Positions 1-13,200 of a DNA stretch of 64,000 nt are shown piece by piece. The notes below the pieces were generated by a model. The model was not told the origin of the DNA. It did no database searches and worked only from the letters and a program-made list of their open reading frames with translations. Every line of letters starts with the position of its first letter. Within the stretch, counting starts at the first letter, position 1. This DNA comes from Raillietiella orientalis (lineage: Eukaryota). The stretch is taken from positions 2,046,001 through 2,110,000 of the forward strand of contig JAYWIR010000027.1 in NCBI GenBank assembly GCA_036172245.1. The letters are read 5' to 3'. The position numbers and the translations under genes were made by a program.

Positions 1-461
1 TTTGTCGCTGATGCTGCCGCTTTCTGTCTTCTTCCGGGAGTGAACGGAGGTTTCGCAAACAGGACCCAAAAGTCAGCGCGTGCTGTTGGAAACAACCACT
101 CACTGCTTCACGAGAAACCTTACCCCCAGGGCAATACGACTACATCTTACATGGTGGTCCGAACCGTAAAAATGGGATTCGCCGTGCAGCGAACAGTGCG
201 CTGCTCTGAGGGCGTTCTAGAATTTAATGGACAATTTAAAAATCTACAATGAAAAATAGATTTATTTCTACATACATTTATATTTCATTTTAATACTTTA
301 ATATGGTGACAGTGAAAGGAGCTTGTAAGCACAATCACATCAGGATAAATAACGAGACGATCAAATACGATGCAAGCTTTTCACAAATGCGTAATGGTCA
401 ATGTCACCTAACGATCACGTGAAACCTACATGGAAATAATGTTACGAAAATGTTCCGCCTC

Positions 462-3400
462 TTAATGTTGACTAGCATCATTTTCGAATTCACTAAAAGC
501 ATCATTAAGTTCCATGAAAATCAGTTTTGCAATTGTCTCATTCGGTCCACCTAGCTGTTTATCTGGATGAACAGCTAAGCAAGCTTTACGGTAAAAGCGT
601 TTTACATCCGCATCTGTCAATAACTGATGCATGCCAACATTGGACCATTTGTCACAGCCATCCCATAACACGGTGTGCAAGCTGCACAGCAAGGCCCGGA
701 TGTTCTTCCGCTTGCCTTCAATCCACTCAGCTACCTGTTGGGGAACATAGAAAGGCTCAATGTAAGGGAAAATAGACCTTCAGTTGATCCGGATCCATTT
801 CTTTTGCCAAAACCTCCCGGCGCATCTCGTTAATATTTCTAGGAGCAGTGTCTTTTCTGGCGTTGGCAAAACCATCTCCCAACAGGTCTCCAAAAGCATC
901 GCTATCCAGACGTGGCCTAACCAGATTAGCACCACTCTGCGGGATACCATGTAAAGAGTGGTTGCTGGACTGCATCTGTGAAGACTCTTTTGAGTTGCCT
1001 TTGTGTTTCCTCAACTTGCCTGAGGAAAACACTCGGAAGTACTGCTTTTTGTAGACAGAGGAACCATATTCTCTTTGATATTACCGAAGCTTGCTAAAGA
1101 GTCTGAGAGAACATCCTACCTCATGGAGCATGAATATCTTACCAAGATCAGCCAAAGGATCAGGCTTATTTCTGACTGAGTCCAAATTAGGAGTACTAGA
1201 ATTCCTGATCAGTGGTCGCGAATTCACACCAGTTGGACCTAAGCCAAGTAGCAAGTCGGTATTTTGTGGAACACTTTTAGAATGATTGAAAGAACTGAAA
1301 TTGCTGGCACTAGCAGAGTGTGTAATGAGGGGAACTGAAGGGAATAGAAGCGTGGTATTATTTTGGAATCCTTCAGAAAAATTGAAGCTTTCCAAGAGAT
1401 CCACATTAGACAAAGATTTCTTGAGAGGGAAATCAGTAAGCAGGTCTGCACGAGAGGAACTACTGCCGCTTAAATTTAGTAAATCACCAACTTCTGAACT
1501 GGGAAAAACTGTTGGAGAAGATTTACTGGGGCAGCTAGGATCTTCTTGAGAACTACCATGATCACCTAAAATCTGGAAACCACAACACTGATTTTTCCAG
1601 CCCTTCAGGCTTGCCTTAATCTGCTCTCTTTCAGCATACACACTGGAAGCATCCACCACATCGTCTCGAAAAGCTGCCTTATCCTTCAAATCATCATACT
1701 TTGGGCATGTCCTTACCATCAAAATTTCGAATCATCTCTTCCATCTCTTGATGAGAACTGAAAGCCACTTCAGCAGTAACATCTCTATGATCTTCAATCC
1801 ATGGTTCCTTAATTTTACTTTTCTGATTCCTTTCACCATTGAGAATTTCCAGTTTAATTTGGAAGTTTTTGGGGAAACGATCAGGTTCGCGAACTTCATC
1901 TAAATCCGCAAGGCTGAAGCACAGGTGGTCTTCTTGAACTAAGAATCCAGTATGAAGCTGTAGCTGGAACATTTTGATGGTCTGAAGTCCAGGAAATCCC
2001 CGACGAACATGGCCAACAACCAAAGTGGTATCTCCCAGAACACAAGCATTTATAGGCAGAATCACCTATAAGGTACACAATTTCTTGAAATGTAAAATGA
2101 TAATATACTTGTCTATCAATTGATGAACAAAACGGAAGCAAGGAATAGTCCTGCATTGTAGTAAGAACACGTTTTTGACCACAATACAATTCCACAATTG
2201 GGCGACACCCATCCCTGAAATCTTATCATGACAAAATCTGAATAACAATAATAACCTTATTTTTGTAAATAAAGGAACAGAGTTGAAGTGTAAATTGATG
2301 AAAATAACTGTTTTCGAAGATGGGTAACATGGTGGACTGCATGTCAATTTGTGAATATATGACAGATAGCGATGCTGTGATGGGTTCATGGTTGGGGGTT
2401 TACACTTTACAGCGAACATTTGCAGGGTTGCTGGCAACGTAATGAACAAACGTAGGTATAGAAGGAAACTACAAATCAGCAGAGCCGAATTTACCCCACC
2501 ATCCTAAAAAACGCAAATAGAAACAGGACTTCTGCCAATGACATACCATGGAGTGTACCACACACACATTCTGGGCATCATGTTTCAGAACGTCATACAT
2601 GCTCTGACAAAGGCGATAGAGTTTATCAAGAGGCGGAGCATTCTGATTGGACCATTCACAGTCTATGATTTGGGAGGTGAATTTGGCAGATGAGTAGCTA
2701 CGGCCAGATACAATGTACACTGCATAGTGACCAGGATGGTGACTATCAAGAAACGCACGCACATCATCTACATGATTCAGGTAAGTAGCTTTCAAACTGT
2801 CTGCTGGACAAGATATAACCAGCAGCCGGGAAGTGACATATGTCACATCAAGACTGGAACGAGACATGGATTGCTGCACTGTTTGCACCACTCGATTGGA
2901 TGTGTCCATTAAATTACGGAAAAGGCTGCCAGCACTGCCTTTTAACGAACTCAAAAACTGTCCTTGCGAACTACTATTTCTAAAGGATTCTGATTCCTGC
3001 ACTTTGTGCTCTTCATTATTGAAAGAAGAACCTGATTTTACTTTACTGAAATAGGAAAAATGTTTTTGTGTCCATTCTTACTTTTGTTCCTCTTCATAAA
3101 AGTATTCAATTTCTCCATGGGATTATACCCACAAACAACACTAATTTCTTCAAGCCACTGCAAGACCTCACCTATAGTTGGTCGATCAAGTGGATTAACT
3201 TGCAACAGTCTATCTGTAGAAAATGGGTCAACTATTAAGAAAGAAAAAATCTTCACCTATTAACTTATGGAAAACTTCACAATGATCATTTTTATCAGGG
3301 AAACGATAGTTGCCATTCACTATGCTTAACTTGTTGGCATCTTCAAAGGGATGGCATTGATAACATAATTTGTACAGCAGGCAGCCCAATGCCCAAATGT

Positions 3401-6400
3401 CACACTTCTCGGAAATAGGATAGTTGCTCCATATGTCTACTATTTCAGGAGCTCGATACATTGGCGTTGTATGCCGGTTTATCTATTGATTACTTTTTCT
3501 AACCAATTTTTTATAAATTTTGAAATCTCACCAAATCTTCTAATGAGGCTCTTTGGTTTGGAGACCAAGTATAATCAGGATGGAAAGTTTCTGTTGTTGC
3601 ACTGCCAAAATCGCACAATTTGATCTGTCCTTGATAATCCAAAAGAAGGTTTTCAAGCTATGAAAACATTAAATAAAATTGCTTATAAGAGAGATACCTT
3701 CAAGTCTCGGTGGATAATTGGTGGATCACAGTTGTGCAAGTGGTACACTGCATCACATATTTGATAGAATATTTTGCAGATGTCACCTGGATGCAAACGC
3801 TCATTCCGCCCTTGCAAAACATCAACTAATCTTCCATAACACAATTCTGTTAATAACCAATATTCTTGTCGATGATGGACTTCACTGAGTTTGGCAGCAG
3901 CAATAAATTCAACAATGTGTGGATGGCATGGCAAACATTTCTAATAGTACTGCTTGGAAAATAACTAACAAGAAATCCAAGCATACAGGTGATGCAAATA
4001 CTGCAAACACATAATTATGTAAAACAAAAATAAAATTAGATCTTTTTTTTGAAATGAACTTTAGAAGACAAACCTCATAATATTCTGAATACAAGGTAAA
4101 AATGAAAAGTGACCCCATCAAAGATCTTCAGCCACAAACAGACAAACTCACAGAAATCTGAATGGATGAATAATTTGGTACACAACAGACATGCAAATAT
4201 TGAAAAATTTAATTAAGATTCATGCAAAACAATAAATAAATATATATATATACATATATATATATATATGCAAAAATCAATGAATTTCATTGTTAAATAG
4301 TTCATTGATTTGAAAACTTTCTGTTAGAAGTTAAGGTGAAGATATTAAAGGATACCAATATTTTAATCTCTTGTTCAATCTCTTTGGTACTCTCTTTATC
4401 TGCAGCAACTAATTTCTGGAAGATAAAAAAAACTCAGCAATCAACAATATCAAAGCAAAATGTAAAGACAATAAAGCAATTCCTATTATTTTTTCACTAA
4501 ACTTTGGAATAAAAAGCCACATTACATATATACATTTATTGCATTTACATACAGGTATTCAAAACATTTGTGTAACAAGTGTTTTAAATCTCATATGAAT
4601 ACAGAATAGTCCCTAAAGAATACAACTAATGATGTCTGTATTGCATGTTGAGAGAAAAAAATGCACTGCTACAGTGAAGTGACAGTTGAGTTTTTAATTG
4701 TCAACTTTATGCTGACAATAAAGTAGGCCTGTTAAAGATGGATTACCCATTACTGCTTACATTTCAAAAAATTGAAATATATACTGTTCTTCATAGCTAT
4801 TGAAAATTTTTCCTGTTATGGATAAACTAAAATCAAATGAAATTCAATCTTGTAAGGGTACAAACTATTATTAACATTCCAGTTTGTAAATAGTCATGCA
4901 ATGCTCTTTTTGGAATCATCTCTCATAACAATAGTACAAACAATATTATCCCACAAGCTAATTTATCTATTACTGTGCTTTCCCTGTAAATATAAAAATA
5001 CAGTAGCTTCAATATCATCTCCTGTAATAGGCAAACAAAAGTTTCAAGTTAATTGCAACCATCAATATCATGTTACTCTTTCACCTCTTTAGTTTGCTTG
5101 TTTTTATTCCTCAATTATTATGCAGGTGTGAAATCATACTTGCATAAAATACTTGTCTACACTTATGTTTGCTAACACATAATAGATAACAATTTCAGAA
5201 TAAATAGCATTTCGCCAATCACCATTATCTGACTACTCAAACATATGTGAATAATTGTAAATGCACGTCTCACTTTGAAAAAAAAATGTCAATCAAAATG
5301 GAATCAAACTGTCAACAAGGAACCAAATTTGTTTGCTGATGATAATCAGGAAATATTCTAGATGATTAACAATCACATCTATTAATAAGCATCCAAATAG
5401 ATATTACTTTCAAATTATTTTTAAGCACCCTCCATAGCAAAGATTTTTTACGATGCCCAATTACACAATCACAAACAAAGAAGAAATGAAACAGCAATTA
5501 TTTACCATAGAAATACTACTAAAAAAATGAATGTGAATATATAATAGGATGAAATGCAAAATAATCAGTGACCTGTATGCCCATTACACACTAAATGAAA
5601 GAGGAAATTCAGAACAAATTCGCATCCAGTCTGTAAACTTAAATTATGCTTTTCCAATTAGTTCAAATTAGAACACGTGCATTTTGCATACAAATCCTTC
5701 ACATAATCTGATTTAAATGTGAGAATACTTGTAAGTGGAGTATGAAAGGAATCATGATAGAAAAGAGTTGCAAAAGATAATAGGCAAACTGCATGTTGTA
5801 TCACAGTTAAAAATATATCTGTTCAGATGTATTAGCAGAGAAAAAAACAGCAGGAAAAATCTGCAATTCATAAAAAGAATGAGATAACAAATGTAAAATG
5901 ATGACTTGGTATAAAGATTAAAAATCTGTGGAGATAAATCAATATGAATTCATGTCTGAACAATATTTGAACTAAATACACACCAGGAAAACCAAAACAT
6001 ATGAAGTCATAGCATAAAAAATCAAAATCACCATCCAAACATTCATGAAATATCGAACAGCATTTGCAAGTTACAAAGTACCACATAATGAAAAGCTGAA
6101 GAAGTTTCTGAAGGATTCCAGATAAGAGATGAAAAGTTGATGTCTGGTGTAGAGAAAACATAGCCAGATGGAGATGCACTTGATAACAGTTTATACATCA
6201 TATTGTATGTAGAGTATAAAATGCTGTAGTTGAGTTTATTTGTAAACTACATGCCAAAAGTTTAGATTTATGTTGCAGACTGTTTTTTTCGAAAAAACAA
6301 AAACAAAAACTAGGGATTTTATTATTTTTATTTGAATTTAATGAATATTGAACTTCTTGACTTGCACTGATAATGCTGAATTCAATTAAAGTAGCATGCA

Positions 6401-7238
6401 ATAGTTCATCACAAATAAATGAATTCCAACATTTTTGCTGAACGTTCATACAAAATACATACAGGAAAACTAGCTAATTGTGGGTATAAGAAAATACTGT
6501 GGATATAAACTTTCTTAAGTACTAACGCAAGACACCACAAAAAAAGGCAAAGAACTTCTTGATCATGTTAAACCACACATAAAAAGGGAAGAAAAGTATA
6601 AATTTTGGATTGCAGGAAGGGAAAGAAGGCCTTTACTTTATTGGCTTCAATTCTATTTCTAAATAGTGGACAGCTTCCAATAATTCGTTTAAACTTAAAC
6701 TGGAAAGTTCCAAGTTTCTCAGAGTAAACATAAGAGTCACCCCCTTACTATAGAATCAAATTCATTCATTTTACGGGCGATGCATGAATTATTTGACTGC
6801 ATTGTCAGGGACATCGTGAAGATCAATTACCCCACAAAGGCAATTTTATATTTCTCTTACTTTCAAGGCATATTCCTTATTCTCCGTCAGGTCTTCTACT
6901 AGGTATACATAGCTAAATCCTCCTGGAATGAAACTGTTCTTTAGGCATTGCAACAAAGAATATAAAGAAGGCTTGAAACAAAAGTCACAAGATCAGCTGA
7001 AAGCCTTTGAGAATTGTACAAACAACGGATCAAATACTCTGCATGAGATATACTACGTACAATCGAATTTTTGTAGATTTGGAAAGAAATTTCGAAAAAC
7101 GTAGTATTTACCTTCTGCAATGAGTTTCTTAACACGTAACTTCTTACTCCCTATGTCTATAAACTGACCAACAAGCTCATAATTTTTAACAGTTGAACCA
7201 CTTATGTATTCAAATGCTGAACGAAAAAATTCCGACAT
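462..7238 (-). CDS. GAK: Cyclin G-associated kinase / auxilin (NAK kinase + PTEN-like/C2 + J domain), multi-exon
   Basis: Exons read by hand: 7238-7112 (MSEFFRSAF...IAEG), 6922-6861 ([15 protein letters not shown]), 4415-4356, 3940-3698 (..HRDLK), 3657-3532 ([14 protein letters not shown]), 3482-3257 ([16 protein letters not shown]), 3213-3082, 3031-2547 ([15 protein letters not shown]), 2503-2256, 2214-2109, 2065-1717, low-complexity exons, last exon 734-462 ([21 protein letters not shown]-domain). The GT-AG junctions keep frame. Confidence 0.95.
4240..4269. repeat. (TA)n microsatellite in a GAK intron
   Basis: atatatatatatacatatatatatatatat is directly visible. Confidence 0.9.
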
Positions 7239-10200
7239 GCTATGAACATTGAGACTTGCATTTCAGATTGGCACACATTGGAATTTCAATTTGCATCACA
7301 TTTGAAACTGTACAGATTATCCATTGTAACATGATACCCCACCTGTCAAAACTCCCCTTTCGTTTTAATTGCACAATATTTTGACTGAAAGAAAACCACA
7401 ATCAGTGAAAAAACAATTCCTTCATTTGGCTTCGTGCACTTTGTACACTACACGATTTTTGAAACAGCATCTTTGTTTCCAACATCTTCGGTGTGAAATG
7501 CACATTTCACGGCTCGATTTATGAGGAGGAACAAAAAAAGGAAAAATAATTCTAATTTATTGCTACTGATCGATACTGATTTCCCGATATGGCCGTTTGC
7601 AACCGTCGGAAAGTCTGCTTGCCTCCCTCGGATGCAGGCAAGTGGACGCCGAACAAACCGACAATTCCGCGGTGTTCGTCCAGCGACGAAAATGTGTCCG
7701 TTTTGGGGGGGAGGGGGAGGGAACTGAACGTGAAACTTCCGGAACCTGCAGCAGTATCCAAACTGGTCCAGATCAACCGCAACGCGCACACACTTGGCAT
7801 CGTGGTGTGGGTAACCAGAAATGTGCCACTCGACCGGGAGCGTGCATTCCGAGGTCTAGCAAGGACAACGAGCATGCAGACGAGGCAGCAGCCAATGCTG
7901 TTGGGAACGCAACCTCCCGACTGCCCTTCGGAATATCGACCTATTGTGCGAGCAGCAAAAACCGTGGGGTGTCTTCGAAAATCCTTGTGCCCTACTACCC
8001 CGGAGAGAGAGCTTGGAGGGAAAACGGCCCGTGCAAACCCTCGCAAGGAAGTTGGTCCTGGAGGAGGGAGGAAGGGGGGGAGGGGAGGGAGGAATTCCTC
8101 CCTGAGTTCCTCGGAACTTTGTAGAAATCGATTCATTGCACAAATCCCCGTTCCCATTGTGGATCCTTTCGTGAGGGGAGAAGCGCGAAAAAATTCCCGG
8201 ACGTCGCAGGCATCAAACTGGGGTGTACTCACTGACGCGTTGGCTTCGAAGCACGGGCAGAACCCTCAACCAAAAAACGCAGGAGCATCAAGGCCTTCTA
8301 CGCGGGAAGCTGCGACGTGCGCGCCAATCGCAACGCAACCGTTTTTCGGGGTACTTGCAGCACACTTGGGGTGCTGAGAGGATAACGGGTGAAGGAGGGG
8401 AAACAGCTCAAACATGGTATCTGTTGTTCCCATACATCTTGTTACCGAGTGACCGAGTGGCATCTAAGCAGATCTCGCCACAGTTAGAATCACTTTTATC
8501 TACATGAAAAGCAGTTTCCGTCACCATTTTACACAAAGAAATTTTCCTTCTTGTTCCGAGGATCCAGTATAATTCCAAAATTCTTCTGATTTTATTTTTT
8601 TGGAATAAAACGAGGAAACTGATACTTAAAAGGAACCTTTTTTTTTTTTCGTCAGCTATTTACGTATTGCTCACCAGTTCAATGAGGCAACATTGCCTGA
8701 TTACGCATGCGATTATTGTGATCTTCCCGCAATGTACAGAGTCGATTCGATTTGAATATTTGCGAGATAAGACTGAAAGCAAATGTTGCTTGTGCGTTTC
8801 GACATTTAATAAAAATAACTCTGATTAAAGGTGCTGGCAGTATAGAGAGGCAATCGATTAACCATCGAATGAGGTGCTGCAATATTTCAAGCCTTAGTTT
8901 ATGCATGTTATCACACTTCGGAGGGGCCGACCAGCGAGCACGTAAGCCACGAACGAAGGCAACCATATCCCCTGTGATTTTTCTAGGGGATAGGGAATGG
9001 AATCATACATTTAGGCGTGTAGACGGCATTGGCAGATCGGTTTGAAGCTCTGGCTTCTTTCTGAAGGTAAGAAACCTAATGGTAGTGGGAAACGCCAGCC
9101 AGCAAATGAAGATCGAGGAATTGGACACTGATATGAGCCTGGAAAATGATGGAACCAAAGATTCGCGTAAACCGAAGAAGCAAGACAACGGATGACTGAG
9201 ATGCATGCATGATATGAGAGATTTAAAAGAATAGAGAAATCGCTGATCGCAATCCCAGACCGTCCCGAATCTCGAGTTAGGTACAAAGCAATGGCTCATT
9301 TTCAACTGTGCACGTGAAGTGAGATCTGCATCGAGAACACCACAAATTCATAAGCATGCAGCATCTAGCATGAAATTCCGACCTAGGAAATTGTTAGATA
9401 GTTCGCCTATCTATGCGTTTATGTATGTACACCTGGTCCATCTGGAACGTGCCACCAGGAAGGATTCGGAGATGCTGGATATCCGAAGCAGACACCCTGA
9501 ATCGCCATTCGCTTTGCAGTACCCCTGACAGTGCATACATTTGAATGTAGGGGCTGGCGGAAGTGATGGAATGCATTTACTACGCTGAAGAAACATCGGC
9601 TGAAAAGAAAGAATGCAGACGCAGATGCAGAGGAAATGCCATCTTAATAAGTTCCCTTATAGAAAGACCTCTCTTCAATCCTTGTTTGCAACTCAGGATC
9701 AGAAAAAAAACTTGGAAACTCTTGGCGAAGAGAAGATGCTGAGAATTCATGAAACTGCGTGGAAAGACCCAGGACAACAGAGGACATACGCCTGGAAGAA
9801 ACGAAGAGGAGAGCTCGGATGTTTTAGCCAAGTCCTGCTAGGTTTCCTAGGTAAGGATCCTCTGCGTTCTCAGGTACACGTGCACTTGGTCGTCCCATCT
9901 CACTTGGGATCTCAGGTTTGGAAGACAACATGGGGGCATTCCCCAGCTGGAAAACGCCTTGCCGATATCCTTCCCGGTATTTCGCGGACCGTCGGCGCAC
10001 CTGCGCGCTCTGCATCCAAGAAAACTGGGCAGAAAGAACCTCCCTTGCCGCGGCGCTGCCTACCTTAAGGGAGCACATTGGCAGCAACCCACTGGCAAAA
10101 TGGGAGGTCTTCCGTGAAATCATCTCCAGGTGCAGGACGCTAGGTGGCTGGAACACGGACCAATTGACTGACGCTGCGGCCCAAATGCCCCTTTTAGAAG

Positions 10201-13200
10201 AGACTTTTGCATCCTAAAGCACTTTTGCGCTGGGGTGAGCTGCTGGAAATTCCCCGTGAAGATCTCGAGTGGTCCCCAGCGCGCTATTGAACAAACGCAC
10301 CTTCCCTCTCAAGTGGGAGGAGTCGGCACTTCTGCCGTTGCTCCGAGGCCTCCCTTAGGGGAGGAAGAGGAAGTTTTCGACCCAAACTGCAGCAGGTGCG
10401 GGGAACTCTAGTACCTCCTGCACCTGCTCGTGGACTGCGTTGCCCTGCGACCGTTGTGTGAACGTTTCACGGCGATTTGGCGACGATTTTCCAGACCCCC
10501 CAATTGGCAAACCCAGAGATGCAAGGAAACTCCTCTTGGATCACAGCTCCCTGCCGCCAGCGGCATCACCAGCAGCTCTTCGTTGCCCACGCGGGATTGT
10601 AGCAGCCTGCAGCGGCATCATAGGAAGAGACCGCGCCAGGGAGGCCATCCACTTCGCCCTACGTTTTTTTTTTTTTTTGCGGAGGGTAGAGAGATGACCC
10701 CATATTCCGAGGAACACGCAAGAAGAACGTGCCGTCATCCTGGAGAGGATGCAGAGAGGGTTAGATGTGACCCCTTCCCGTCCTCCCTCACCAAAGTTAC
10801 TTTATTTTCATTTTGTTTTGTTCCCTCCCTTCTCCTCTGCTATTGAGGCCCACCCTCCCCGTCTGCGCACCGGACTCTCGGCAGGTTCCTCATTGTCTGG
10901 ACGTGGTAGGGCCGACGGCTCTGTTGCGTTTGTACTGTTTATTCTGATGTAAGAAATAAACGCTCCCGGCGAACCAGAGCGAAGATGCTTCCAAGGGGCG
11001 CAGAGGAGGCGTCTTGACGCTCGCACATCCAGAGGACCACAAGCGAATGAGATCGGAAGTGGTGGGAGGTGGAGCTGGAGAGCTCCAGTAACGGATCCTC
11101 CACTCTTCGTGCTCCGAGGAGTTCGAGTCGTGTTGCCGGGAAGCTCCGCGTCTCCGGAAACGGGAGGAATGACTCCGCCGTCATTTCCGCATGGTGAAAC
11201 GGACCAAAGGAAGGAAGCGAACGAGCGCAAGAGAATTCCCAAGGAACACCCACCATTACTGCCACCGCCCACACGCGAACCAGGCCGGTCGCTGGCGTTT
11301 CCCTCCCATCCATTCTGGGAATGAGCCCGCCTGGGCGTCCCCTTCTTCTCCGCTTCCACCCTCTTCCACGGCCGCTTCCTGCTCCACACGCGCGCGCCGA
11401 GCTTGCCACGCGTCTGTCGGCACTCCGAGAGCGTTTTTCCTGCCCCTCCCCCCTTCCCTCCCCATCTCGCGAAAGCGCGCAGTTCCCAGCTTTCGGGGAT
11501 GAGAGGCAGGAGAGCAGCAGCAGCGGCGGCGGCGGCGGCGGCGCTCGTGCCGCCAGCCAACCTTCGCTCGCACTCGCCAGCGCGGCGACTGTACTGCGCG
11601 AACGCCAAGCCGCCCGACTCGCTCGCATCCACGCACGCAGCGATTCGCTAAGCAGTGACGTTGCGGGTGCTCGTCGAAGAAACGTTTTCGATCCCGGATT
11701 CCGGTAAGCTCACCTTTTTCCCCTCCCTCCCTTCCTCCCTCCCCCCTCCCGTCTCTCTCTCTTTCTCTGTCTCCTCCCACGTATTGTTTTTCCTTTTTCT
11801 TTTTTGTGCCCCCACCGCGCGATGTCCGGACTCGGGGTGGTTTCCGGGGAGCGCGCGAAGTCCCAAAAGCGCGCATGCTCGTCGCCTCCGCGAGACAGCG
11901 TATCTGAAATTCCGTCCGTTTTCTTTTTGTGGGTGTGTTGTTTTCTTTGTTTTTTTTTTGCAGGGGAGGGGGAGGAAAACCGAGGAAGAAGGTGGCAGTG
12001 GGGTGGGGTGGGGGCTTTCCCTGCCTCATTGCCCAGGACGTTTGATCGGAGGGATGAGAGAGGTGCGCGCGAAGCCTTCGCCTCTGCTTCCCCTTCTTGG
12101 AGCAGCAAGCGTCGTTCTCTCCCTTCCAGCCGCCTGTCCGTCCGTTCGCTCGTCCCGGGGAGACTGGGCGCTCGCTCGCTTAATCGCTGGGAGTCACTCG
12201 GAAAATCTGGCGCCAGAAATCGCCCACAGACGTTTTCAGCAGGGAAATCGCCCCTCTCCCCCCTTGCGTTCTTTCGTGGCCTTCGCCGCGGGCGTGGCGA
12301 TCGGTGGCGTCACCGGTCAGAATTTCGCCAAATGCAGTAGAGGTTGGCGCCACCTCTGCACCATTCCGCTTGCATCAGCATGGAGACTCCCTGGGCCGCC
12401 GTTTCTGCAGCCGAAGGCGCATCGTGGAGGGACCGCTCGGGGGAAGCGCGCGCGAAAGTTCCCGCGCGCGGGACCCGGGTAAGCGATCGTTACCACAGCA
12501 ACCCAGCGCGAGAGGCCTCTCGGTTCCGGGAGGCCACCGAGTTAGCTCGATCCGGGAGACAGGTCCCCTTCGCTTCCTCCAGAGGGTGAAATGCGAATCC
12601 CGGTCGCTTCGGGAGGGCATTTCTGGCACGCGGCAGGAAGGGGCCGTCGTCCCCGGTGCTTCGCAGTCGCCCTTTCGCCGACTTCGATCCTTTCGACGTC
12701 CGCCCCCCTCCGTTGCCTTCTCATCCCCAGCCGCAGGAGACCCTGATCACCTACTGGCAGGTGTTTAAACTTCCTCCAGTCTGCGGCGCCTTCGGGCGTT
12801 TTCCTATTCTTCTGCCGCTGAGGATGATGGCTCCTGCTCTCTCTCGAATCACGCGGGTGGTCCCACAACCGTTTTCCTCGCAACCGGACGGTGATGCGAG
12901 AAGGGAGCCGGAAAGCAGCTGCGTCTTCCGCGGTTCTCGCCAGCCGACCTTTTCCAGCAGGAATGGTGGGGAGGGAGGCGGAGGCCTTTCTCTCCTCGTT
13001 GACCGCGCCTGCGTGCTCAACGTCATCCACGGTGCGCACACCGTGGATGACGTCAGGAGAATACGGAAGGAACCCGCCGCTGCAGCGGGGGAAGAAGAAA
13101 CTTGCTCGAACGGGTCCATTCACAGAGATGAGATGTCCAGAGTGATGGCCCCAAGGATGTTCTTCCGCTGGTCCACCTTGGGCGCTCTGGTTCGGGCGGG

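Noticed and set aside
1..252. Possible 3' end of a + strand gene convergent with GAK
   Set aside because: Too short and no recognisable motif, so the frame cannot be determined.
3232..3256. Apparent 25-nt intron in GAK
   Set aside because: The downstream acceptor at 3214 gives a 43-nt intron and a better kinase alignment ([10 protein letters not shown]).
9029..9125. Shared words ttggcagatcgg and atgaagatcga.gaa (WQIG..MKIEE) here and on the minus strand at ~35439-35390
   Set aside because: Matches of 11-12 nt are common by chance in 64 kb, spacing and frame differ, and the flanks do not align.
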